DNA of 64,000 bases from Bacteroidales bacterium (GTDB lineage: Bacteria; Bacteroidota; Bacteroidia; Bacteroidales; ML635J-15), in NCBI GenBank assembly GCA_017620015.1, contig JAFZRE010000033.1, forward strand, positions 146,530-210,529, read 5' to 3'. Below are positions 36,474 through 45,157 of the stretch, in pieces. Position 1 is the stretch's first letter; each line of letters opens with the position of its first letter. A model generated the notes under the pieces. The model did no database searches. It saw nothing but the letters and a program-made list of their open reading frames with translations, and was not told the origin of the DNA. A program made the position numbers and the translations under genes.

Positions 36474-38312
36474 CTATCTCATATTTTCTTCAAGTTGTTC
36501 AATAATTTCGGTAGTCTCGTCGTATATAGTATGCAGTTCGCTATTTGCCCCCGACACGAAATGAGCAAATTCGCACCTGTCAATCAGTTCAACGAAACGC
36601 CTTGACATTTCCTCGTCAACATTGTGTTCGGCAAAAGCCTGCATTACATTGTCCTTTGTAAGTTGCGAAGTCGGAATCGAGAGCTTGTCGCTTGCATAAC
36701 CCCACAAAGCCGTGATAATTTCCTTGTAGAAATCGGAGGAATTGCCAGCCTGCATATATTTGCGTGCATTTTTCAGTCGCTTGCGAGAAATCTTGCTTGC
36801 CTTCTGGCGTTTCATCAGTTCCACATCCTGACGCTTCTTGATATTCTTACGCAACACAATAACAATCACTACAAAAGCAACCAGCAAACCGATTACCAAC
36901 GCCCAGTACAATCCCGAAAGCATCAGCGGTGAATAGGCGGCAGCAAGTCCAAGTTTGCCCTTATGAATATATCTGACATCTTCGGGATTGATGACCTCAA
37001 CGCCAGTCTGCGAATTGTAGATTGTCCCCGATGCCATATCGCCACTGCCCTTACGCACATTTATTATTATCGGGTCGGTAGAAACTGTCTTGTACGACTT
37101 TGAAGCAAGGTCGTAATATACAAGCGAAACTTCGCCCAAGTTGAAATTACCGCCATAGCGCGGAACCAAGGTAAACTCCCAAGTCTTGCTTCCCGACAAG
37201 CCCGATTCGGTTGGATTAAGTTTGCTTGTAACAACAGGTTCGTATTGTTCAAATTCCTTTGGACAAGATATTTTAGGAGCTTCAATAGTGTTGAAATTTC
37301 CTGAACCTGAGATTGTTATCTTGCATACAACGGCCTCATTTACAGAAACCGTATCGTTAGGCTTGCTAAGTGCTATATTGAACTTGCCAACAGCACCTGA
37401 AAATCCCATAGGTTCCGAAGGCAACGAACTAACATTAAGCGATACAGCAGGAGCCTTCGCTGAAACTGGCGCATTGTCGTAGGTATATCCCCAAAACGGA
37501 TGTCTGCCCGAAACGACCCTTGCCATACACTTTATGCTCGACTCATCAATTTCGGCTTTACCGGCAACTCGCGGAAACACGAGGTATCTCTTCAAGACTG
37601 CGGCATTATAAGTCTTGCCATTTATAGTTTCACGCGACCATTTCAGATTTTGGTCTGTCTCCAATTCCTCGACATAGAAGTTGTTAAGTTTCGGAGCGGT
37701 AAAGTCCTCGATGGAAACCAAATCGATTGCTGTGTAAAGTTTTATGGTTACAATTGCAGCCTCGCCCTTTGCAAGATTTGTCTTGCTTGAATAGGTACGA
37801 AGCAAAACATCGTCAGCCGACACGGTTGCCTTTGGCTGGTTCTGCTGTTGTTGCTGGCGTGAACTTCCCGAACCGAAAATATCCTCGAACGGGTCGTAAT
37901 AGCTTGACTGACGCTGTTGTTGCTGTTGAACTGCCTCCTTCTGGACAGTGACGGAAATTGAGTTGGATGTATATTTTGTTCCTCCGACCACGGCTACTGC
38001 GCCATCGAGAGTGTATGTACCTTCGGAAACGGCTTCAAGGGTATAAGTGTATGTATAAGAGTTTGAGCTGGTCATACTTCCGTTCACAATGCTAACGCTC
38101 GAACTTGAGCTCTGCGACGGTCCGCCAACCATCTTGAATCCCGGAATATTGCCTAGTTGTATCGACGAAGGCTTCTCATTAAGAGTATATTGGACTTGCA
38201 TTCGCTGCCCCACACCAACCCTTGCCGGAGCCTTGCCAGTAAAGGTAACACCGTCGGCAAACAAGGTTAACGATGCGAACAAAATGACTATAATCGACAA
38301 AAATTTTCTCAT
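36474..38312 (-). CDS. batD: BatD-like oxygen-tolerance protein
   Basis: 612 aa: signal peptide, Q-rich linker, single TM helix near residue 480, C-terminal helical domain. This is the typical BatD architecture. Confidence 0.7.
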   Translation of the reverse strand: MRKFLSIIVILFASLTLFADGVTFTGKAPARVGVGQRMQVQYTLNEKPSSIQLGNIPGFKMVGGPSQSSSSSVSIVNGSMTSSNSYTYTYTLEAVSEGTYTLDGAVAVVGGTKYTSNSISVTVQKEAVQQQQQRQSSYYDPFEDIFGSGSSRQQQQQNQPKATVSADDVLLRTYSSKTNLAKGEAAIVTIKLYTAIDLVSIEDFTAPKLNNFYVEELETDQNLKWSRETINGKTYNAAVLKRYLVFPRVAGKAEIDESSIKCMARVVSGRHPFWGYTYDNAPVSAKAPAVSLNVSSLPSEPMGFSGAVGKFNIALSKPNDTVSVNEAVVCKITISGSGNFNTIEAPKISCPKEFEQYEPVVTSKLNPTESGLSGSKTWEFTLVPRYGGNFNLGEVSLVYYDLASKSYKTVSTDPIIINVRKGSGDMASGTIYNSQTGVEVINPEDVRYIHKGKLGLAAAYSPLMLSGLYWALVIGLLVAFVVIVIVLRKNIKKRQDVELMKRQKASKISRKRLKNARKYMQAGNSSDFYKEIITALWGYASDKLSIPTSQLTKDNVMQAFAEHNVDEEMSRRFVELIDRCEFAHFVSGANSELHTIYDETTEIIEQLEENMR

Positions 38313-38423
38313 ATCTGTTCCGATATAAAACTTTCGCGAAAATAACGCATTGTAACAATCAATGTTTCAAAAGAAAAGTTAAAGTTTTATTATAGGTATC
38401 TTTATCTTTGTATGTCACAAATT

Positions 38424-40655
38424 TTATATCAGCACCCCTATCTGATACACTCCAAATGCCACAATCCACGCAAGAACAAGCGACACGCCAGCCGACAAGG
38501 CGGCCCACTTGAAGCCAGATACCTTGCGGATTGCCGATGTGGCACCCAGACATGGGAAACATATCAGCATAAAGAAAACAAATGCCAATGCCGCAACGGA
38601 AGCATTTGCTTCGCCATCATCAGCTTCCGCAGACACTTCCTCTGTCCTATTCAGCATCGACATTGTACTGATTGACAACTCCTTGCCTGCAAATCCAGAT
38701 ATTGCTTCCACCGACATCTTCCAGTCGAAACCAAGCGGACGGAAAACAGGCTCTACAAAGTTGCCGAACTTTGCCAATGCTGATGATTCTATTTGGGCTT
38801 CTGAAACAGATGCATCTTCCCTATTTTCACCATTTTGCGGAAAATATGCCAAAGCCCACACAACTATAGCACCAAGCACAACAATTCCAGAAATGCGCTT
38901 CAGGTACTCCCAAGTGCGATTCCACATGTAACTCAATGAAATAAAGAGCGTCGGTTTCTTGTATGACGCAAGTTCAATAACATACGGATACTCATTGTTT
39001 TTCAGCAATGTTTTACTGTAGATTTTTGCAAATGCTATTGCAAGCAACATTCCCACCAGATATACGATGAACATTATCAAAGCAGGGAATTTCGGGAAGA
39101 ATGCCGACACCAAAAGCAAGCAGACTGGCACACGCGCAGCGCACGGCAAAAACGGTATGGCAAGTGTAGCCAGAATCCTGTCTTTCTTGCTTTCGATGTG
39201 CCTTGCGCTCATTATGGCAGGAATCGAGCATCCAAATCCCAGCACCATAGGAACCAACGATTTGCCCTGCAATCCAAGTCTGCGCATAAAAGCATCCACG
39301 CAATATGATGCACGCGACATATAGCCCGAATTCTCCAGAATACCAACTAACAGATAGAAAATCAAAACGTTAGGTAGCAAGGCAAGCACAGCACCGACAC
39401 CTACGACTAGTCCATCGGCAACAAAACTGCCCATTGCCCCATTCATCGACATTCGCAACGACTCCGACAATGATGCTATTCCGTTGGAAATCCACTCCAT
39501 CGGGAAGCGTCCTAGCTCAAATGTGGCGCAGAAAATTGCAGCCATCATAAGCAGGAACAACGGAAATCCCCAAGTCTTGTGCAACAGTACCGAATCGGCC
39601 TTCTCGGAATCCCACCGCGACTTGCGCACGCCAGTAACCTTCGACATCAGACCATCGATGTAAGAACGGCGAGCCTGCTTCAGAACATAATACACATGGT
39701 TGTTGAACTGCTTGCCAAGCACAGCCGAATGCATTTTTACAAAGCACTTTACGGTGTTGCACGACTTGCATGGAGTGTTGAAGCTATGCACAATCCTGTC
39801 CTCTTCGAGCAAACTTATTGCCATGTACCGCGACGAAGCATTGAAGTCATAACCTTTCTTGCCTTCCAGTTCCCTCTGTATCATGCGGATATGCCTTTCC
39901 ACCTGACGACCGTAATTCACATGAACATAGCGCATATCGGGGTTGTCACCAGCGTATGCCGACAAAATCGTGCGCATCACATTTTCACGACTTTCGCCAG
40001 TCTCATCAGCCTCGTTGTACAGAGCAATTGGAATGCCCATATACTTCGACATCTTATTCATGTCAACATGCAGCCCATCTTCATTTTCCTCGCAGTAGCC
40101 TCTTATGACAAGCACAATCTTCACACCCAAGTCCATAAGCTGGACAACAGGCACCAACTCCGTTTCCAACTTGTGGAAATCGACTACTGCGACATAAACA
40201 TCCGTCTTTTCGGCAAGCACCAAATTACGGAAACGCTTGTTGGCATAATCGTCACCAAAAATGTAATCGACTTGTGGCAAATAAGTTACGTTAATGCCAT
40301 AGTTCTCATACTTTGCATTTGCCTCCCCGCCAAACAATCCCGTGGCAAACGATTCCTTAGTCTGGAACAAGGAAACATTCACAGTATTCAGTTCGTTGAT
40401 TATAAAGTCCTGGCATTGCGGGTCGGAAGCCGAAACTAACGACAGATTAGAGAGATAAGATTTTGGGAATGTACAGTTTCGCTTGCACCCTTCGACAGAA
40501 AAAGTAAGCCGACCATCAGCATCCGACTTCAGTGCGACAATCTTCTTTCCCACCTCCATGCCAAAACCGTCAATTTTCTTACGAAAGTCGTTACAGCCAT
40601 AGATTTTGGCTATATAATATTCTTGATTACAAGCAATTTGCAAATCTTCACCCAT
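38424..40655 (-). CDS. feoB: FeoA-FeoB fusion-type ferrous iron transporter homologue with a degenerate G domain
   Basis: Start refined to 40655 (MGEDLQ..). FeoA-like SH3 N-terminus. Conserved membrane blocks ENSGYMSRASYCVDAFMRRLGLQGKSLVPMVLGFGCSIPAIMSARHIESKKDRILATL. The G1, G3 and G4 positions read FQTKESFA, YLPQ and VIRGYC. Confidence 0.85.
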   Translation of the reverse strand: MGEDLQIACNQEYYIAKIYGCNDFRKKIDGFGMEVGKKIVALKSDADGRLTFSVEGCKRNCTFPKSYLSNLSLVSASDPQCQDFIINELNTVNVSLFQTKESFATGLFGGEANAKYENYGINVTYLPQVDYIFGDDYANKRFRNLVLAEKTDVYVAVVDFHKLETELVPVVQLMDLGVKIVLVIRGYCEENEDGLHVDMNKMSKYMGIPIALYNEADETGESRENVMRTILSAYAGDNPDMRYVHVNYGRQVERHIRMIQRELEGKKGYDFNASSRYMAISLLEEDRIVHSFNTPCKSCNTVKCFVKMHSAVLGKQFNNHVYYVLKQARRSYIDGLMSKVTGVRKSRWDSEKADSVLLHKTWGFPLFLLMMAAIFCATFELGRFPMEWISNGIASLSESLRMSMNGAMGSFVADGLVVGVGAVLALLPNVLIFYLLVGILENSGYMSRASYCVDAFMRRLGLQGKSLVPMVLGFGCSIPAIMSARHIESKKDRILATLAIPFLPCAARVPVCLLLVSAFFPKFPALIMFIVYLVGMLLAIAFAKIYSKTLLKNNEYPYVIELASYKKPTLFISLSYMWNRTWEYLKRISGIVVLGAIVVWALAYFPQNGENREDASVSEAQIESSALAKFGNFVEPVFRPLGFDWKMSVEAISGFAGKELSISTMSMLNRTEEVSAEADDGEANASVAALAFVFFMLICFPCLGATSAIRKVSGFKWAALSAGVSLVLAWIVAFGVYQIGVLI

Positions 40656-40683
40656 TTCAATCTCAATTTCTCTATACAGTTTG

Positions 40684-40691
40684 CAAATGTA
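40684..40691 (-). promoter_or_regulatory. Candidate -7 box for the feoB-like gene
   Basis: TACATTTG on the minus strand, ending 28 nt before the start codon. Confidence 0.35.
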
Positions 40692-40825
40692 AAAAGCACG
40701 AAAATCTTGTCGCAAAAATATCACAACAAGATATTAACCATATTCAATGTTGTAATGTGAATAAAGCAAGGTTCAAATACCACGAAATTTTTCCGTCAAA
40801 ATTTCCGCAACTCGTCTTCTATTAT

Positions 40826-40833
40826 TATATTTG
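40826..40833 (+). promoter_or_regulatory. Candidate -7 box for the LOG-dgt-siaB-siaC unit
   Basis: TATATTTG, ending 15 nt before the ATG at 40849. Confidence 0.4.
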
Positions 40834-40848
40834 TCAAAATTTTTGAAA

Positions 40849-41430
40849 ATGACAAAATCGGTTTGTGTATTCTGCAGTTCGAGCGAAGACTTGCAGAAAG
40901 AATATTACGACTATGCAGAGCGTTTCGGCAAAATCTTAGCCGAGAACAACTTCACAATATACCACGGCGGCGGAATCATCGGTCTTATGGGCGCGATGAT
41001 GCGCGGAGCATATAGGCAAGGCGGTGCAAAAATAATCGGTGTAGTGCCCGAAAAACTTCACCGCGAAGGGATTGTATCTGACGACATGCAGGAACTTGTC
41101 GTGACCGAAGACATGAAGGAACGCAAGTCGTACCTGCGCGAACACGCCGACTCGTTCGCCATTATGCCCGGTGCTTTCGGCACAATGGACGAAATGTTTG
41201 AAATACTGACACTCAAGCAGTTGAAATACCACAACAAAGCGATTGTCATTCTCAACTTCAACCATTTCTTCGACGACATGCTAAGGCAGATGGATAAGTT
41301 CTTCGACGAAGGATTTACCATAAGCAACTACAAGACAACTTATTACGTCTGCAAAACGCCCGAAGAAGCCGTCGAATACCTCAAAAACTACAAGCCAACA
41401 CACGTTTACGACAAATACTTAAAAGAATAG
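40849..41430 (+). CDS. LOG family (TIGR00730) nucleotide 5'-monophosphate N-glycosidase
   Basis: Start refined to ATG 40849. HGGGIIGLMGAMMRG and PGAFGTMDEMFE, a variant of PGGxGTxEE. Confidence 0.85.
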   Translation: MTKSVCVFCSSSEDLQKEYYDYAERFGKILAENNFTIYHGGGIIGLMGAMMRGAYRQGGAKIIGVVPEKLHREGIVSDDMQELVVTEDMKERKSYLREHADSFAIMPGAFGTMDEMFEILTLKQLKYHNKAIVILNFNHFFDDMLRQMDKFFDEGFTISNYKTTYYVCKTPEEAVEYLKNYKPTHVYDKYLKE

Positions 41431-41432
41431 AT

Positions 41433-42551
41433 ATGAGAAACCCACTACCAGACGAAGTATATTCAAAAAGAAAGACTTACAGGGAAACAGACATACGCGG
41501 CGACTATTTCCGCGACCAGACGGCAATAATCCACTCAACGCCGTTCCGCAGGCTGAAAAAGAAAACTCAGGTTTTCTTTGCGCCTGAAAATGACCACATT
41601 TGCACACGAATTGAGCACGTATTGCACGTTGCAACCATCGCATCAACAATATGCAAGGGCTTGAACAAGGTCGGATGGGAACTTAACGACGAAATGGCCT
41701 ACGCAATAGGTCTCGGGCACGACCTAGGTCATACGCCTTTCGGTCACGCCGGAGAAAAGTCACTCGACATAATCCTCTCAAACTCAGGACACGGGCATTT
41801 CGTCCACGAAGTCAACTCATACCGTCAGGTTGCATATCTAGCCAACCACGGAAGCGGACTTAACCTCTGCTATGGTGTCATGGACGGCATAATCTGCCAC
41901 AACGGCGAACGCGATGAGCAGTACGCCTACCCGAACAAGACCGTCAACGACCTCGACGCAATAAAGGACCGCTCCGTAATGCCTTCATCCTACGAAGGTT
42001 GCATTATGCGATTCTCCGATAAGATAGCCTACCTCGGCCGCGACCTCGAAGACGCCTTTGTCGCTGGATTCATAACCGAAGACGATGTTCCGGATGATGT
42101 AAAGGAAATGCTTGGCAACCACAACGGTCAGATTATCAACTCGTTGATTCTAGACCTTATAGAAAACTCGAAGAACCGCGACATGATTGGCTTCTCCGAC
42201 GACACCTACGAAGTGGTCACAAAGCTGAAAAAATTCAACTACGAGAAGATTTACAGCAACAAGATTCTCAACGAATACGACCGTTTCTGCCACAAGATAA
42301 TAAACAACCTTTTTGACTACTTGCACGACATTTACACCAAGAACCAAAAGGACTATGGCAAATACGCTGAATCGACCATCGAACTTGATAGGTATTTCGG
42401 TCAGTACATCAATACTATGGATCACTTCTACACTTCGCGCAACGAAACCGAAATCAACATAATCACCGATTATATTTCGGGAATGACCGATGTTTTTGCA
42501 CTTGAAGCAATGAAGCAGATAACAATACCCAAACCGATAAGTTTCAAGTAA
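41433..42551 (+). CDS. dgt: dGTP triphosphohydrolase-family HD-domain protein
   Basis: FRRLKKKTQVF, TRIEHVLHV, GLGHDLGHTPFGHAGE, YISGMTD. 372 aa. Confidence 0.85.
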   Translation: MRNPLPDEVYSKRKTYRETDIRGDYFRDQTAIIHSTPFRRLKKKTQVFFAPENDHICTRIEHVLHVATIASTICKGLNKVGWELNDEMAYAIGLGHDLGHTPFGHAGEKSLDIILSNSGHGHFVHEVNSYRQVAYLANHGSGLNLCYGVMDGIICHNGERDEQYAYPNKTVNDLDAIKDRSVMPSSYEGCIMRFSDKIAYLGRDLEDAFVAGFITEDDVPDDVKEMLGNHNGQIINSLILDLIENSKNRDMIGFSDDTYEVVTKLKKFNYEKIYSNKILNEYDRFCHKIINNLFDYLHDIYTKNQKDYGKYAESTIELDRYFGQYINTMDHFYTSRNETEINIITDYISGMTDVFALEAMKQITIPKPISFK

Positions 42552-42552
42552 T

Positions 42553-43008
42553 TTGTCAAACGCAAAAACAATATTATCCTTACACTTTTCCGCAGGAAGC
42601 GACTGCAAAAACATAGTAGAAACTTTGGAGAGTCAACTTCAAGAAATCGACAAGCCTCTGCGGAAACGGATAATATCCTGTGCAATAGAACTTTTGCAGA
42701 ACAATTCCATCCACAATAATAGCAACGAAATAGACATTTCCGTCACCGAAACTGACGCCAACATTAAGCTCAACACAGCGAGGAAACTTGACGAGAAATG
42801 TGCAAAATTTCTAAATAATAAAATCCAAGAAATTAATAATATTAGCATAGGTAATTTAAAGGAATTATTTAAGAAGAATCTTAGCGCAGAAAACTTGACT
42901 CAAGGTACTGGAAACGGACTTATTCTCTGCCGTCTGAAATCAGACACTGCCATCGAAACCAAGTTTTCGGGCGAAACATTTGAAATAAACTTAACATTCA
43001 ACAAATAG
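42553..43008 (+). CDS. Small GHKL-fold protein, SiaB/RsbW-like Ser/Thr kinase (apparent TTG start)
   Basis: N-box-like AIELLQNNSIHN and G-box-like QGTGNGLILC. 151 aa. TTG lies 1 nt after the dgt stop, with no internal Met. Confidence 0.6.
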   Translation: MSNAKTILSLHFSAGSDCKNIVETLESQLQEIDKPLRKRIISCAIELLQNNSIHNNSNEIDISVTETDANIKLNTARKLDEKCAKFLNNKIQEINNISIGNLKELFKKNLSAENLTQGTGNGLILCRLKSDTAIETKFSGETFEINLTFNK

Positions 43009-43011
43009 AAA

Positions 43012-43380
43012 ATGAACGTACTAGTAGAAGCAACAGGAAAAACGCCACACATATACGAGGAAAACGGCGACCTCTGCGTATGGGGTGTCATCATACCAGA
43101 GAATCCTACTGAAATATTTGCAAGGCTAAACAACATTGTATCAACAAAATACGCAGAGAACCACAAACTCAAAATCCACTTCTCGCTTGGATACTTCAAC
43201 ACGAGTTCCGCAAAGTTCCTGTACAACTTCTTCAAGAAACTCAAAGGTAATGAAGGCATTACAATCGTATGGCACTACGAAGCCGATGACGAGGACATCC
43301 TCGACAGCGGCAAGGAATTTGAAGAAATTTCAGGGCTAAAGTTCGAGTACTCAGACACTTTGCTGGATGTTTCAAAATAA
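43012..43380 (+). CDS. DUF1987 / SiaC-like regulatory phosphoprotein
   Basis: 122 aa. LGYFNTSSAKFLYNFFKKL and WHYEADDEDILDSGKEF are typical of DUF1987. Confidence 0.7.
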   Translation: MNVLVEATGKTPHIYEENGDLCVWGVIIPENPTEIFARLNNIVSTKYAENHKLKIHFSLGYFNTSSAKFLYNFFKKLKGNEGITIVWHYEADDEDILDSGKEFEEISGLKFEYSDTLLDVSK

Positions 43381-43387
43381 TGACATG

Positions 43388-43425
43388 ATATTGTAGCGAC
43401 GCAATGCATTGCGCCGCTACAATAT
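43388..43425. terminator. 38-nt palindrome closing the four-gene unit (TGTAGC...GCTACA family)
   Basis: atattgtagcgacgcaatgcattgcgccgctacaatat, with one mismatch. Starts 8 nt after the stop. Confidence 0.65.
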
Positions 43426-43534
43426 GTTATTTCATTCAATATTTTAGGGATTATGGAAAACAAACAATGTTAAAAAACATTTTTCCACATAAGAAAAATT
43501 TATTAACATTGTGAAATTTTAAAATTACATAGAC

Positions 43535-44842
43535 ATGGCTAACACACCAATTTGTGACACAGTTATTCAGGAACAATGCCGTAAGTTGGGAATCAACAAC
43601 ATAGGCAAATCGACAATCAGAGAAATTGTCGGATTAGTAAATTGCATAGAGAAGGAAACCGGCGTGAAATTCGTCAGGATGGAGATGGGCGTACCGAGCC
43701 TCAAGCCGCCAAAGGTTGGCACCGATGCAGAAATCAAGGCTCTCAACGACGGCGTAGCTGCCATCTACCCGATGGTGGACGGTGTTCCAGAACTCAAGAA
43801 AGAAGCATCAAGGTTCGTAAAGAACTTTATCGGAGTTGACATATCGCCAGAATGCTGCATACCGACAGTCGGATCAATGCAAGGCGGTTACGCAACCTTC
43901 CTCACCTGCTCGAACCTCGACCCGCAGAAGGACACCGCTCTGTTCATCGACCCAGGATTCCCAGTGCAGAAACAGCAGTTCAATGTAATGGGACACAAGT
44001 ACGAAAGCTTTGATGTTTACGATTACCGCGGCGAAAAACTTCGCGAAAAGCTGGAATCTTACCTCTCGAAAGGCAACATCAACTCGATAATCTACTCCAA
44101 CCCCAACAACCCGAGCTGGATATGCTTCACCGACGATGAACTGAAAATCATCGCCGAGGTTGCCGACAAGTACGATGCAATCGTAATCGAAGACCTTGCT
44201 TACTTCCGCATGGATTTCCGCGATGACACCTATCATCCAGGATTCCCGCCATATCAGGCATCGGTCGCAAACTACACCGACAACTACATACTTATGATTT
44301 CAGGCTCCAAGGCTTTCAGCTATGCCGGTCAGCGCGTGGCTGTTGTGGCAATTTCCGACAAGGTTTTCCACCGCAACTACCCCAACCTACAGAAACGCTT
44401 TGGTAGAGAACAGTTTGGCGCCACATTCGTAATGCGAATCATCTACGCATTGAGTTCGGGCGTTTGCCACTCGGCACAGTATGGTCTGGCAGCAATGCTT
44501 AAGGCCGCAAACGATGGCACTTTCAACTTCATAAAGGACATCGAGGAATACGGAAAGCGTGCCGAAAAGATGAAGAAACTTTTCGTTGACGCTGGATTCT
44601 CAATAGTTTACGACAAGGATATCGACAAGGACTTGGCAGACGGATTCTACTTCACCATAACCTACAAGGACTGGACTGGAGACAAGTTATTGGAAGAACT
44701 TCTGCACTACGGAATCAGCGCAATCACCCTTGACAACACAGGTAGCAAAAAGTACGGACTTCGCGCCTGCGTATCGCAGATTACGCCAGACAAGATGGAA
44801 TTGCTCGAAAAGCGTCTAGAAATATACAAGCAGAACCACTAG
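43535..44842 (+). CDS. Class I/II PLP-dependent aminotransferase
   Basis: 435 aa. NPNNPSW, and SGSKAFSYAGQRVA carrying the PLP lysine. Confidence 0.85.
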   Translation: MANTPICDTVIQEQCRKLGINNIGKSTIREIVGLVNCIEKETGVKFVRMEMGVPSLKPPKVGTDAEIKALNDGVAAIYPMVDGVPELKKEASRFVKNFIGVDISPECCIPTVGSMQGGYATFLTCSNLDPQKDTALFIDPGFPVQKQQFNVMGHKYESFDVYDYRGEKLREKLESYLSKGNINSIIYSNPNNPSWICFTDDELKIIAEVADKYDAIVIEDLAYFRMDFRDDTYHPGFPPYQASVANYTDNYILMISGSKAFSYAGQRVAVVAISDKVFHRNYPNLQKRFGREQFGATFVMRIIYALSSGVCHSAQYGLAAMLKAANDGTFNFIKDIEEYGKRAEKMKKLFVDAGFSIVYDKDIDKDLADGFYFTITYKDWTGDKLLEELLHYGISAITLDNTGSKKYGLRACVSQITPDKMELLEKRLEIYKQNH

Positions 44843-44845
44843 GGT

Positions 44846-45157
44846 ATGCAAGAACTATCGGCAAAGAAACAGGAAATCTACGACCTAATCAAGTCAAACT
44901 ACAGCAAGACCGTGATTAGGAAGGGTGACATTTATGTTTACGACGGTTCCATCCTTCACATTGTCGAAGAAAAGAAAAAAGGCATAAAGGTTAGCAGTGT
45001 CCTGAACATGAGGTACTGGGTGCTGCTACTTTTTTTGGTAATAACAGGTATCTGCCTCGGAATCATAGGCGTAGCCATAACCGTGGTAATTGCAAACCTT
45101 ATTGCCATCAAGGCAAAAAGGACAAAAAAAGCTAAATTAATCTCAATAATAAACTGA
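44846..45157 (+). CDS. Small hypothetical membrane protein
   Basis: 103 aa with two TM helices in the C-terminal half. Tightly packed between neighbours. Confidence 0.5.
   Translation: MQELSAKKQEIYDLIKSNYSKTVIRKGDIYVYDGSILHIVEEKKKGIKVSSVLNMRYWVLLLFLVITGICLGIIGVAITVVIANLIAIKAKRTKKAKLISIIN

Noticed and set aside
35709-38312. batD-batE without batA/B/C as a truncated aerotolerance operon.
   Set aside because: The upstream gene in the same orientation is the feoB-like gene. The remaining bat genes may simply lie elsewhere. This cannot be judged from one window and there are no signs of gene decay.
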